Part shown: piece by piece, positions 30,028 to 38,735 of the stretch
How positions within the stretch are numbered: position 1 is the first letter of the stretch
Layout of the letters: every line of letters starts with the position of its first letter
NCBI GenBank assembly: GCA_963836185.1
Contig: CAWIIQ010000001.1
Span: 224,001-288,000 of the forward strand
From: Candidatus Krumholzibacteriia bacterium
GTDB lineage: Bacteria > Krumholzibacteriota > Krumholzibacteriia > Krumholzibacteriales > Krumholzibacteriaceae
Reading direction: 5' to 3'
DNA length: 64,000 nucleotides
Program-made: the position numbers and the translations under genes
The notes under the pieces: generated by a model
The model's input: the letters and a program-made list of their open reading frames with translations, nothing else
Told to the model about the DNA's origin: nothing
Databases searched by the model: none

Positions 30028-31455
30028 ATGTCTAAAGAAATCAAACTGACACTGGCAGCCGTCATAACGCTCGCGCTGGTCGCGCTTCTGGTCCTCCTTA
30101 TCTCGGGCTGCGGAGCGGTCTCGGTCGGCGGCTCGGGCATGAGCGTGGGGATGGCTGTCGGGCCGAACGAGACAAAGGCCGAAAAGGAAGAGCTTCCCGA
30201 AGAGGACCGGCGGCTGACGAAGCAGGACAAAAAGCTGAATCTGAAGTCGTTCGACTACGTATGGGCACAGATACACGAGAGCCTCTGGCCCGAGATCCTC
30301 GCCGAAGCCGGCTGGGACGAGGCTTACGGCGAGTTCCTGCCGAGGATCGAGGAAGCGTCGACGATGGGCGAGTGGCGCGGCGCGATGAGAGAGATGCTCG
30401 ACCGTCTGCAGATCTCTCATACCCAGATAATCCCCCGGGAGGCTTACGAGAAACATCTCTCCGGCGGTTCGTCCGGCCGGCGAAGCGACGGCGAGACGGG
30501 GATCTCCGTAAGAGTGCTCGATGGGCAGGCGGTCGTGACCGAAGTCCGCGAAGAATCGGCCGCGTGGTCAGACGGCGTAAGGCCGGGATGGATACTCGAA
30601 AGTCTCAGCGGGAGAGATATCGAGGAGGCCCTCGACGAACTGGCCGAGGTCTACGAAGGGCATCACCTCAAGGACCTTACCCTCGCATCCGTCACGCAGT
30701 TCAATCTGTATGGCGATACAGGCGAAGATATCGAGGCGGTATTTCTCGACGGCAGTGACGAGACGATCGGGATGGATCTGATCCTGGAAGAGAAGCGCGG
30801 CCATGAGTTCGAGTACGCCAACCTTCCCGTGATGTATGTCTGGATAGACACGATGACGGTGGCCGATGATATCGAGTATCTGAAATTCAACATGTTCATG
30901 GACCCGATATACCTGATGCCGGTCTTTGAGCGGGCGGTCGGGCGCGCCGCCGAGGGCAGGGGGCTTGTGATCGACATCCGCGGGAACATGGGCGGCATGG
31001 GTGCGATGGCCGGATGGCTGGCCGGGTTCCTCTATGACGAGAAGGGGTTTGATTTCGGGACATTCAAGATGAAGGGCGTCGAGCTGAAACTTGTTATAAT
31101 ACCCCGCCAGAACGCTTACACCGGCCCGGTGGCGGTCCTCATAGACGGGCTATCGCTGTCGGCCGCCGAGTTCTTTGCCGACGGCCTGCAGAAGACAGGG
31201 AGAGCGAAAGTGTTCGGGCAGAGGACGACCGGGTTCGCCCTGCCGTCGGCGATCGAGAAACTGCCGAACGGCGACGCGATCCAGTACGTCCACGCTGACT
31301 ATGTGAATTACGAAGGGGAGAGGCTCGAGGGCAGGGGCGTAACGCCTGATTACCAGGTCATCCCCGCCCGCAGCCAGCTTCTCGAGGGAAGGGACCCTGT
31401 CCTAGAGGCTGCGATCGAATGGATCAGGGCTCAGGCGGGTAGTAGTATCAAGTAA
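30028..31455 (+). CDS. S41 family peptidase lipoprotein with PDZ-like domain
   Basis: Lipobox LISGC; SHT, GVRPG, VIDIRGNMGG, SLSAAEFF, FGQRTTG and LEGRGVTPD motifs. Confidence 0.88.
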   Translation: MSKEIKLTLAAVITLALVALLVLLISGCGAVSVGGSGMSVGMAVGPNETKAEKEELPEEDRRLTKQDKKLNLKSFDYVWAQIHESLWPEILAEAGWDEAYGEFLPRIEEASTMGEWRGAMREMLDRLQISHTQIIPREAYEKHLSGGSSGRRSDGETGISVRVLDGQAVVTEVREESAAWSDGVRPGWILESLSGRDIEEALDELAEVYEGHHLKDLTLASVTQFNLYGDTGEDIEAVFLDGSDETIGMDLILEEKRGHEFEYANLPVMYVWIDTMTVADDIEYLKFNMFMDPIYLMPVFERAVGRAAEGRGLVIDIRGNMGGMGAMAGWLAGFLYDEKGFDFGTFKMKGVELKLVIIPRQNAYTGPVAVLIDGLSLSAAEFFADGLQKTGRAKVFGQRTTGFALPSAIEKLPNGDAIQYVHADYVNYEGERLEGRGVTPDYQVIPARSQLLEGRDPVLEAAIEWIRAQAGSSIK

Positions 31456-31506
31456 CCATTGTCCTGCCGCGCTGTCACAGACGCGGCTGAAAGAAGGGGG
31501 AATCCG

Positions 31507-32298
31507 ATGAAACATCTCTCCAGCAGAAGGGTCGCGTGGATCGTTATCGCGCTGCCGGCGATATTCATCGTCCTGTCGGCGTTGATCGTCGCCGCTGTTC
31601 ACGGCGAGGCGCTGGCGCAGAAGGCGCCGACGGCGGAAAAGGTGCTCGACCGGTTTGTCGAGGTCACGGGCGGGCAGAAGGCTTACGACGCCATCGAGAA
31701 CCGCAAATCATCCGCTTCCATGAATATACCGGCGCAGGGGATGACCTTCACCATTACGATGTGGTCGGCCAGGCCGAACCAGGTCTACTCGGTTATCGAG
31801 AACGCCATGATCGGAAAGATCGAAAAGGGAGTAAGCGGAGATGTAGTCTGGGAAAAATCGATGATGACCGGACCGATCATCAAGGAAGGTACGGAGCGGG
31901 AGAATACCCTCAGGGACTCGGTCTTCGAAAGATATATCTACTGGAGAGATTCATTCGAGAATGTGGAGCTCGAAGGGGAAGAGACGGTCGGAGGTGTCGA
32001 CTGCTGGAAAGTGGTCCTGACCCCGGCAGCCGGTGAGGTCTACACGATGTTCTTCGAGAAGGAATCGGGCCTTCTCACCAGGGTCGACACGACAGCCGAA
32101 ACTGAGATGGGGCGGATCCCTGTCGAGGCGCACCTGAGCGACTACAGGGAAGTGGACGGGATAAAGCTCGCGTTCAAGACCGTTATCAAGGTCATCGGAC
32201 AGGAGAGGATCTTCACGACGACAAGCATCGAGCAGAATATCGATATGCCGGAGGGCATCTTCGATCTGCCCGAAGAGATAAAGGCGCTGCAGGAATAA
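31507..32298 (+). CDS. Exported protein, LolA-like/outer-membrane lipoprotein-sorting-like fold (tentative)
   Basis: Signal peptide; VLDRFVEVTGG..AY, FFEKESGLL, SDYREVDGIKLAF and IFDLP motifs. Confidence 0.6.
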   Translation: MKHLSSRRVAWIVIALPAIFIVLSALIVAAVHGEALAQKAPTAEKVLDRFVEVTGGQKAYDAIENRKSSASMNIPAQGMTFTITMWSARPNQVYSVIENAMIGKIEKGVSGDVVWEKSMMTGPIIKEGTERENTLRDSVFERYIYWRDSFENVELEGEETVGGVDCWKVVLTPAAGEVYTMFFEKESGLLTRVDTTAETEMGRIPVEAHLSDYREVDGIKLAFKTVIKVIGQERIFTTTSIEQNIDMPEGIFDLPEEIKALQE

Positions 32299-32321
32299 TT
32301 CCTCCGGCAGGAGGGATCCTC

Positions 32322-32362
32322 AGGGCGCGGCTGCCGGAAAAGGGCGGCTGCGCCCTTTTTTT
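32322..32362 (+). terminator. Intrinsic terminator of the GntR-ABC operon
   Basis: AGGGCGCGGCTGCC...GGCGGCTGCGCCCTTTTTTT. Confidence 0.8.
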
Positions 32363-32363
32363 A

Positions 32364-33203
32364 TCAGAGATAGAAATCGAGGCCGAGGAGCCAGCGGTCG
32401 CCTGACGGCTTGATGTCCTGGTTGTCCCAGCGCGGCCCGGTAAAGAGGCATACCGTCCCGCTGGTTCCGTACCACGAGAGATAGAGGAAGAGGTCGTTCT
32501 TCCACTTCCACTCTCCGCTGTGGTCAAGGAAGTAGAGGAGGTTCGGCCTGAGCTCGAAGGCGAGCGCCTTCCTGTGGGCGAAAGCGACCTTGAGGCCCCC
32601 GCCGATGGCCAGGGAGAAGTCGTGCTGGTGCTGGACGTAGTCGTGCAGGTCGGAACGGGGGAAGTACCAGAATGTACCCATCCATGCCGCGTCGAGGATC
32701 AATCCCGAATCTTCCCTGACGGACCATGCTTCCCTGCGGTAGCGAGGGTACCAGTCGCGAGAGTAGAAACCGACCCTGGCGACGTTCCATATCTCGCTCG
32801 AGTCGTCCTCACGGTCTACATCGTGGAAGCAGTCGTGAAGGTATTCGAGATCTGCCATCCATCGGCCCCATTCGAAACGCGCCCCGAGTATGATCGAGTA
32901 GTGGGAGTCGTACGGGTCGAACACTACGCCGCCGTTCTCCTGGTATCCCATGCCGACGTAGAGCCCCGCGCCGGCGTATATGCTCCAGTCGAGTCTCTCT
33001 CCGTCCGCGGTAAACGCGTCGACGGTGGCGACGATCCCGCCGTCGAGGTAGAACTGCTGATCGTGGGGGAAAAACTGGAGCATCCAGCCGTGCGCGTTCC
33101 ACCTGATCGGGAACGAATATTCCGCCGCAGTGAGGGATGAAGCGAATATCAGCAGCGCGGCGAGGCCGAGCAAGCATCCGCGGAATCTCCTGCAAATCTC
33201 CAT
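32364..33203 (-). CDS. Putative outer-membrane beta-barrel protein
   Basis: GAGGA RBS + ATG 33203, signal peptide, aromatic-rich alternating strands and C-terminal WLLGLDFYL. Confidence 0.6.
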   Translation of the reverse strand: MEICRRFRGCLLGLAALLIFASSLTAAEYSFPIRWNAHGWMLQFFPHDQQFYLDGGIVATVDAFTADGERLDWSIYAGAGLYVGMGYQENGGVVFDPYDSHYSIILGARFEWGRWMADLEYLHDCFHDVDREDDSSEIWNVARVGFYSRDWYPRYRREAWSVREDSGLILDAAWMGTFWYFPRSDLHDYVQHQHDFSLAIGGGLKVAFAHRKALAFELRPNLLYFLDHSGEWKWKNDLFLYLSWYGTSGTVCLFTGPRWDNQDIKPSGDRWLLGLDFYL

Positions 33204-33211
33204 TATATTCC

Positions 33212-33799
33212 TCACGATCTGACGAATTCGATCAGGGGGCCGTAGTCGTTCGATCTGTCGACAGCTCTTATCGCCTCGATGTAATGGCTGCGTATCGTTT
33301 CGTCCCTCGAGACGTTGCCGCCTCCCCATGAGAAGATCTCCGCTCCGAGTTTCTTCTGCATCAGCAGGTCGGTCATCAGGCGCCCGTGCCTGCCGTTTCC
33401 GTTGGGGAAGGGATGGATCAGTTCTATACGATAATGAAATCTCGCCCCGATCTCGTCGTCCGGCATCGTCTTTTCATCGATCCAGTAACGGGTATCGCCG
33501 AGCAGCTTCGCGATCTCCTCCGGTATCGTTTCCCACGCGACGCCGATATTCTTGTCGCTGTGCCGATAGGTGCCGGCCCATTTCCAGACCCTGTCGAACA
33601 TCCTTCGGTGCAGCTTCCTTACAAAATCCTCTGAGAGGATCTCCCCTATCCACCCGGTCTCTGTCCATTCGACAGCCGCGAGGATATTCTCCTGTTCCCA
33701 GCGGTCCAGTTCGGGACGCGTCGTTATTGACTGGATCTTCAGCCCTGCCATCTCGTCCGGATCGAGGGGGGTCGCGCCATCGGGGAAAATGAGTCTCAT
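33212..33799 (-). CDS. Mobile mystery protein B (Fic domain)
   Basis: DGATPLDPDE, LDRWEQENI, LHRRMF..VWKWAG.YR and the Fic motif HPFPNGNGRHGR. Confidence 0.92.
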   Translation of the reverse strand: MRLIFPDGATPLDPDEMAGLKIQSITTRPELDRWEQENILAAVEWTETGWIGEILSEDFVRKLHRRMFDRVWKWAGTYRHSDKNIGVAWETIPEEIAKLLGDTRYWIDEKTMPDDEIGARFHYRIELIHPFPNGNGRHGRLMTDLLMQKKLGAEIFSWGGGNVSRDETIRSHYIEAIRAVDRSNDYGPLIEFVRS

Positions 33800-34296
33800 C
33801 TATCCCTCTTCTGCCGGATCGTCATGTTCCAGAGGGTCCTCGGCGTCTGGTCGACCAGATTCTCGACTTCTCTGCGCCAGACCTTCCCCGCTTCCTCCTC
33901 GGGCAGCTCCTGGCCCTCGAGCATCATCGTCCGGTTGATCCTGTCGATCCTTTCACGTGCGACGATCTCCGCCTGGTGCCTGACGATATCGTCGAATGAT
34001 TTGTTCGGCAGAAATCCGTAGAAGAATGTGCAGTCCATTGCCTCGGCTACCCGCAGCATCATCTGGATAGTCACGGAGCCATCCTGCTCCCTCTTTTCGA
34101 TAGCGCTGATACTGCTTCTTGTGATCCCCATCCTCTCGGCCAGCTGCCTGCCGCTCATCCCGAGGGCAAACCTGATCGCCCTGATCCATCCGTGCACCGG
34201 CTTTTTCATCAGTGCCGCCCTGGCCTTCGGAAACCTCGATACATGCCAGGAATCGAGCTGTTCCCTGGCAATTTTCTGTTCATAACCCATGGTCAA
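33796..34296 (-). CDS. Mobile mystery protein A (XRE-type HTH)
   Basis: GWIRAIRFALGMSGRQLAERMG...EKREQDGSVT...TMMLEGQ...LW; ATGA overlap with protein B. Confidence 0.92.
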   Translation of the reverse strand: MTMGYEQKIAREQLDSWHVSRFPKARAALMKKPVHGWIRAIRFALGMSGRQLAERMGITRSSISAIEKREQDGSVTIQMMLRVAEAMDCTFFYGFLPNKSFDDIVRHQAEIVARERIDRINRTMMLEGQELPEEEAGKVWRREVENLVDQTPRTLWNMTIRQKRDR

Positions 34297-34322
34297 CTCC
34301 TGAATTGCGTAACCTGTTATAA

Positions 34323-34350
34323 ATAATACTTATTATTGTAGAACTGTCAA
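34323..34350 (-). promoter_or_regulatory. Sigma-70 promoter of the mobile mystery cassette
   Basis: TTGACA-N16-TATTAT on the minus strand, within an AT-rich segment. Confidence 0.65.
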
Positions 34351-34408
34351 TATATATATGGCCAATATCCAATCAAATGACTATGTATAGTAATACATTA
34401 TCAAGAAC

Positions 34409-34432
34409 TATGTCATAGTATACTATGACATA
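34409..34432. repeat. Perfect 24-bp palindrome (candidate operator)
   Basis: TATGTCATAGTA|TACTATGACATA. Confidence 0.85.
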
Positions 34433-34477
34433 TAATCAAGATAAAGACTTTTCTAAGGAATAAGATGACGGCCGCGG

Positions 34478-36832
34478 CTACCTGAGGAGTACGGCCTTCC
34501 TGCTGACCATCCTGCCCTCGGCCCGCAGCAGGTAGAAGTAGACCCCGCTCGCGAGGCCCGATGCGTTCCATGCGATCTTGTGCGTGCCGGCTTCCATTCT
34601 GCCCGATGCCAGCACGGCGACCTCGCGGCCGGCGATATCGTAGGCTCGCAGATCTACATGGCCCTCGCTGCCGAGTGTGAAGCGGATCGTCGTCGAAGGA
34701 TTGAATGGATTGGGGGAGTTCTGGAAGAGGGCGAGGCCGGGAGCGCGGTCCCCGCTGCCGGAATAATCGGTCACCGCGATCCTTGACCTGTAGACCGACT
34801 TGTCGTGTCCGGTGATCGTGAGGTCAAGCGAATCGATCATCCCCGGAATAGTGTCGGCGAGGCGTATCGTCATAAACCCGTCGGTCAGTGCGGTCCCCGT
34901 GCCGAAGCACGTGCCGTCCCCGTAAAGGGAACCGATGGAGCCGGGTGTGTCGGTCTCGACCGTAAAACCGAGGGCGCCGCGGTCAATCCCAGGTTCATGG
35001 TCCGCCGCGATCAGGGATGGCTGACCGGTCCATACGTCCATCGCGGGATCGCCGAGAACGTTCAGCGCATAGAAGCACCAGCGGTGGGCTCCCGGTTCGT
35101 ATTCGTCGGGAAGGTCGATGAAAGGAACGGTCTCGTCTTTCGAGCGCGCGTGAGCGTCGCCGATGGTCGTGATCCCCTCGGTGAATATCGCGTCGAAGAA
35201 CTCCCGCTGAAAATGATGCGACGGGCCATTGGTCGTTCCCTCGGTGAACCATCCGTAGCGAGAGTTGCCGACATAAGCCGAGGCGCATGTCGAGATGGAT
35301 ACCATCTCCTCGGCTATGCAGTCGTTGAAGTCGAATCCGCCCGCATTGCACCCGTACGAGTTCACCACGGGGAAGTTCGCCGAGATGCCGTCATTGGTCA
35401 GGTTCGCTGTCGTGACATTGCTGACATTCATCAGCATCACGTAGCCGTAACTCGAGTGCCCCGCGTGGCAGACGAGACTGGGGCCGTCGCTGATACCGGC
35501 ATAGACGTCGTCGACCGTGTACGAGATGTCCCGCTCGTAGAGCTTGACGATATCGAACGCCGGCGGTATCCCGGTCGTCTCGAATCCGTGGATGTCCCAG
35601 GTTCCGATCAGCTGGTCGATCTCGTTTCCTCCATATGTAAGCGGAACGCTGTAGAGGTGCTCGCCAAGCATCAGGGCGTCGTCGCACCGGGTCACTACGG
35701 GGGATTCCTGGTACATCACGATCTTGTTAATTATCGCCGCCGCTTCACCGGCGCCATCGAAGGAGATCCTGCCGACAGCGACCTCGGAATAGAAATCCTC
35801 TTCGCCCGGTTCGCCCCACAGGGTATCGCCGTCCGCGTTCCAGTCGCCGTCGAGCGCCGCGTAGTACAGGTCGGCCGGGATGCCTTCGTCCTCGTAGAGG
35901 GTGGATGAATGAACGGCGCAGTAGAGCCCGCGATGAGGGAGGTCGTACGGCCCGTTGTCGCTGTCGCCGGCCAGCAGTACGTGTGTGACTCCCTCTTCTA
36001 TATAGGCGTCGAGGATCGCCATGCGTATCTCGTCGGGCAGATCGAGCCCTGCGTAGGCGAGGTCGATGCTCTCGACGGTCATGATCTCCGTGCGCATGCC
36101 CCGCCTGTTGTAGAAGTCCCTGAGCGGAGCCATGTCGGTCACGTAATGTTCGCGGGTTATGATGAGGTATTCATACCCTTCACCTGCCGCGGGGAACTCT
36201 TCGGCGGCGGGCAGGGCGCCTGGATTATCGATAAGGGATGCGAGCCTCCCGATAGTCGCCGCATCGCGGCGCAGCATCCTGGACGCGTCCGCCGGTCCGG
36301 CCTGGACCCTGGTCTCGACAGTGATCTCGATCTCGGACCAGTATCCCGCCTCTCCGGTAGCCGGGTTGTGCCCGACCGGAGAGAAGGCCCCGGTAGCGAT
36401 CGCGTGCCCCCGCAGATATCTCGTCCTCAGACGCGGGGAAGGGGGGTGGATCCAGCTGTCCCGGGCGTATACGTCCGCCTTGTAGAGGAAGCGTTTTTCC
36501 GGGCGTTCGCTTCCCGGCACGGGATCCTGCCTCGGGTGCAGTCGCACTGCCTGCGGTATGACCTTCCAGCCTCGTCTCTCGATCCGGAGCGAAACAGCTT
36601 CTTCACCGGGCGGCAGGAGCACAGCGGCTCCCCTGAACGGGAAGCTCGGCTCGCCCGCTTTTCCTGCCTGCACGGTGGATGGAAATACGATCCGGGAAAA
36701 TCCGCCATCGAGACTTTCGACCGAGGGGGCGTCGAAAATATACTTGACTGATATATCGGCAGAAGACGATCCGGTGGGGAAAGCGATAAGAACGGCTGCC
36801 AGGAGCAGAAGGATGCAAAATCGGTCATACAT
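34478..36832 (-). CDS. C25 (gingipain-like) cysteine peptidase with propeptide and FlgD-Ig/T9SS-like CTD
   Basis: YLIIT, HVLLAGD, DLYYAALDGDWN, EVAVGRI, His-Cys dyad CHAGHS / SYGCNAG and LNVLGDP; C-terminal QNSPNPFNP...SGVYF...RKAVLLR. Confidence 0.9.
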   Translation of the reverse strand: MYDRFCILLLLAAVLIAFPTGSSSADISVKYIFDAPSVESLDGGFSRIVFPSTVQAGKAGEPSFPFRGAAVLLPPGEEAVSLRIERRGWKVIPQAVRLHPRQDPVPGSERPEKRFLYKADVYARDSWIHPPSPRLRTRYLRGHAIATGAFSPVGHNPATGEAGYWSEIEITVETRVQAGPADASRMLRRDAATIGRLASLIDNPGALPAAEEFPAAGEGYEYLIITREHYVTDMAPLRDFYNRRGMRTEIMTVESIDLAYAGLDLPDEIRMAILDAYIEEGVTHVLLAGDSDNGPYDLPHRGLYCAVHSSTLYEDEGIPADLYYAALDGDWNADGDTLWGEPGEEDFYSEVAVGRISFDGAGEAAAIINKIVMYQESPVVTRCDDALMLGEHLYSVPLTYGGNEIDQLIGTWDIHGFETTGIPPAFDIVKLYERDISYTVDDVYAGISDGPSLVCHAGHSSYGYVMLMNVSNVTTANLTNDGISANFPVVNSYGCNAGGFDFNDCIAEEMVSISTCASAYVGNSRYGWFTEGTTNGPSHHFQREFFDAIFTEGITTIGDAHARSKDETVPFIDLPDEYEPGAHRWCFYALNVLGDPAMDVWTGQPSLIAADHEPGIDRGALGFTVETDTPGSIGSLYGDGTCFGTGTALTDGFMTIRLADTIPGMIDSLDLTITGHDKSVYRSRIAVTDYSGSGDRAPGLALFQNSPNPFNPSTTIRFTLGSEGHVDLRAYDIAGREVAVLASGRMEAGTHKIAWNASGLASGVYFYLLRAEGRMVSRKAVLLR

Positions 36833-37005
36833 GCAACTCATTATAACATAGTGTGGTACCGGGCGAAAGAACAGAAAAGCACTTTACAGACAGCAATATC
36901 TCTCTATATATTTATACAGCGGATGAGCAAAACTCCACCGGCATCCACAATCTGACATCCATGGGGCTGCACCTCTGCTGAAACTCGAATTGGGGGGGAA
37001 TCGCG

Positions 37006-38418
37006 ATGTATCGATCCATTCTTGTCATCTTTCTGGTATTACTTATCTCTTCCGGCGCGTATGCGCACGAGGGGATGATAGCGCTTGTCGCCGACCCGGC
37101 GATGCTCGACTGCGACGACGGCATCGAGACAGGCACCCTGGTAAACCTCTATCTCTATTATATGCGAGGTGACGGGCCTTACAACATAGGCACTGCCCAG
37201 TTCAAGCTCCTGTGCTCATCGAGCGAGGTACTTGTCCTTGATCCCGACTGGACTCCCGGCATGTTGGGTTTTGGGGATGTGACCGAAGGCATCGCCGTGT
37301 TCGATACAGATAACAGGGTAGAGGAGTACTGCGGGGCCGATCAGGTCTTCTACGGGACCGTTCCGATATTCAATCTCTCGGACGACGATACATTTACAGT
37401 CAGCGTTACCAGCCCGTGCTTCGATGGTATTACTCCGCTCGACATCGCTATAGCGGCATGCGATGAATCCCGTACGGAAATCGCGGTGGGGGGAAACAGC
37501 TACACCTTCAACGGAAAGTGCAAAAAGAAGGATGACTCGCCGATAGTCCTGGGCGCCGACGCGGCAGATCAGCGGGTCGTCACCGTCCTGTTCGATGAGG
37601 AGATCGACTATGTTTCAGCCGGCGAGGTATCACGTTATCTGCTGATCAGGTCGGGCGAGCCGGAAGCGGCTATCGAGCTGAGTGGAGCGGACCTGATGGA
37701 TGACAATCGCACGGTACAGCTGCAGCTCGGAGAGGACCTTGTCGAGCTGGGGGATTACTCGATCTTCATCGACGGTGTGGCCGATCTCGACGGGAACCCG
37801 GTGATACCCGGAGAGCCGTACAGCTACGCCCTGTTCACCGCTCCGCAGGTAGCGACGCTGCTGCAGTGTTTCTCCTCATCGGTGGAGGGCCGCGCGATCA
37901 GCGTCAGATGGGAGCTTTCCGAATATGAAACGGACGACCGGTTCATCGTGACCCGCAGCGTCGCGGCGACCGGCACTTCGCGTGAGCTGCGCGATATCGA
38001 GATCGCCCGCGAGGAGCTTTCGTTCCGGTTTGTCGACGTGGATGTCATGGCGGGCGAGGAATATATCTACCGCGTGGATGTCGTCTCAGCTGGTGAAAGG
38101 AAGACCCTGTTCGCTACGGGGGCCGTAGTCGTACCGCTCTCGCCGGCCGCCCTCTATCAGAACACGCCCAATCCGTTCAACCCGAACACGACTATCAGGT
38201 TCTACCTGCCGGAAGCGGGGGACGTGAAGGTCCAGGTGTTTGATGTGGCGGGCCGGTCGATCAAGACGCTGGTAGACGGTGCGCGCGCGGGAGGGGAGCA
38301 TTCGGTCGACTGGAACGGGTCGACTGACATCGGCACGCAGGCCGCGACAGGCATCTATTTCTACGTGCTCGAATATGAAAAGAATTCGATAACGAGGAAG
38401 ATGGTTCTTCTGAGATAG
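37006..38418 (+). CDS. Exported Ig-like domain protein with FlgD-Ig/T9SS-like CTD
   Basis: Signal peptide, Cys-containing N-domain, VTVLFDEEID..GVADLDGN Ig-like domain, linker domain VATLLQ..YIYRVD and QNTPNPFNP...RKMVLLR. Confidence 0.8.
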   Translation: MYRSILVIFLVLLISSGAYAHEGMIALVADPAMLDCDDGIETGTLVNLYLYYMRGDGPYNIGTAQFKLLCSSSEVLVLDPDWTPGMLGFGDVTEGIAVFDTDNRVEEYCGADQVFYGTVPIFNLSDDDTFTVSVTSPCFDGITPLDIAIAACDESRTEIAVGGNSYTFNGKCKKKDDSPIVLGADAADQRVVTVLFDEEIDYVSAGEVSRYLLIRSGEPEAAIELSGADLMDDNRTVQLQLGEDLVELGDYSIFIDGVADLDGNPVIPGEPYSYALFTAPQVATLLQCFSSSVEGRAISVRWELSEYETDDRFIVTRSVAATGTSRELRDIEIAREELSFRFVDVDVMAGEEYIYRVDVVSAGERKTLFATGAVVVPLSPAALYQNTPNPFNPNTTIRFYLPEAGDVKVQVFDVAGRSIKTLVDGARAGGEHSVDWNGSTDIGTQAATGIYFYVLEYEKNSITRKMVLLR

Positions 38419-38460
38419 GAAAATATCAGAGAAGGATGACGGTCGCTGCGACTGTCAATA

Positions 38461-38505
38461 GGAGGGAACGGGCACTGGCTCTCGCCGGGTGTCCGTTTCC
38501 TTTTT
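38461..38505 (+). terminator. Intrinsic terminator
   Basis: GGGAACGGGCACTGG...CCGGGTGTCCGTTTCCTTTTT. Confidence 0.7.
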
Positions 38506-38512
38506 CAGGGCG

Positions 38513-38607
38513 GAATAAAGCGGGGAGGCGAGTCCTGCGCACGCCTCCCCTATCCTTTGAGGTTACCCGGAAGGTCCCAACCTTCACCTCTCAGGATTTC
38601 CGTTACT
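38513..38607 (-). ncRNA. Candidate ~95-nt small RNA of unknown family
   Basis: TTGAGC-N17-TATAAT promoter (38641-38613), a long hairpin ATCCT/GAGGT/GAAGG...CCTTC/ACCTC/AGGAT, then a GGGGAGGCG/CGCCTCCCC hairpin + GCTTTATT. No ORF with an RBS. Confidence 0.5.
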
Positions 38608-38735
38608 ACCTGATTATATTACCCGCATATCCGGCGCTCAATATATTTAATAGCTGAACCCCGATATAAGCGATATTACCCATATCCCAGCGAACATCGT
38701 ATCTGCTTGAGCAGCAAGGTCATTGCCGCCTGCCG

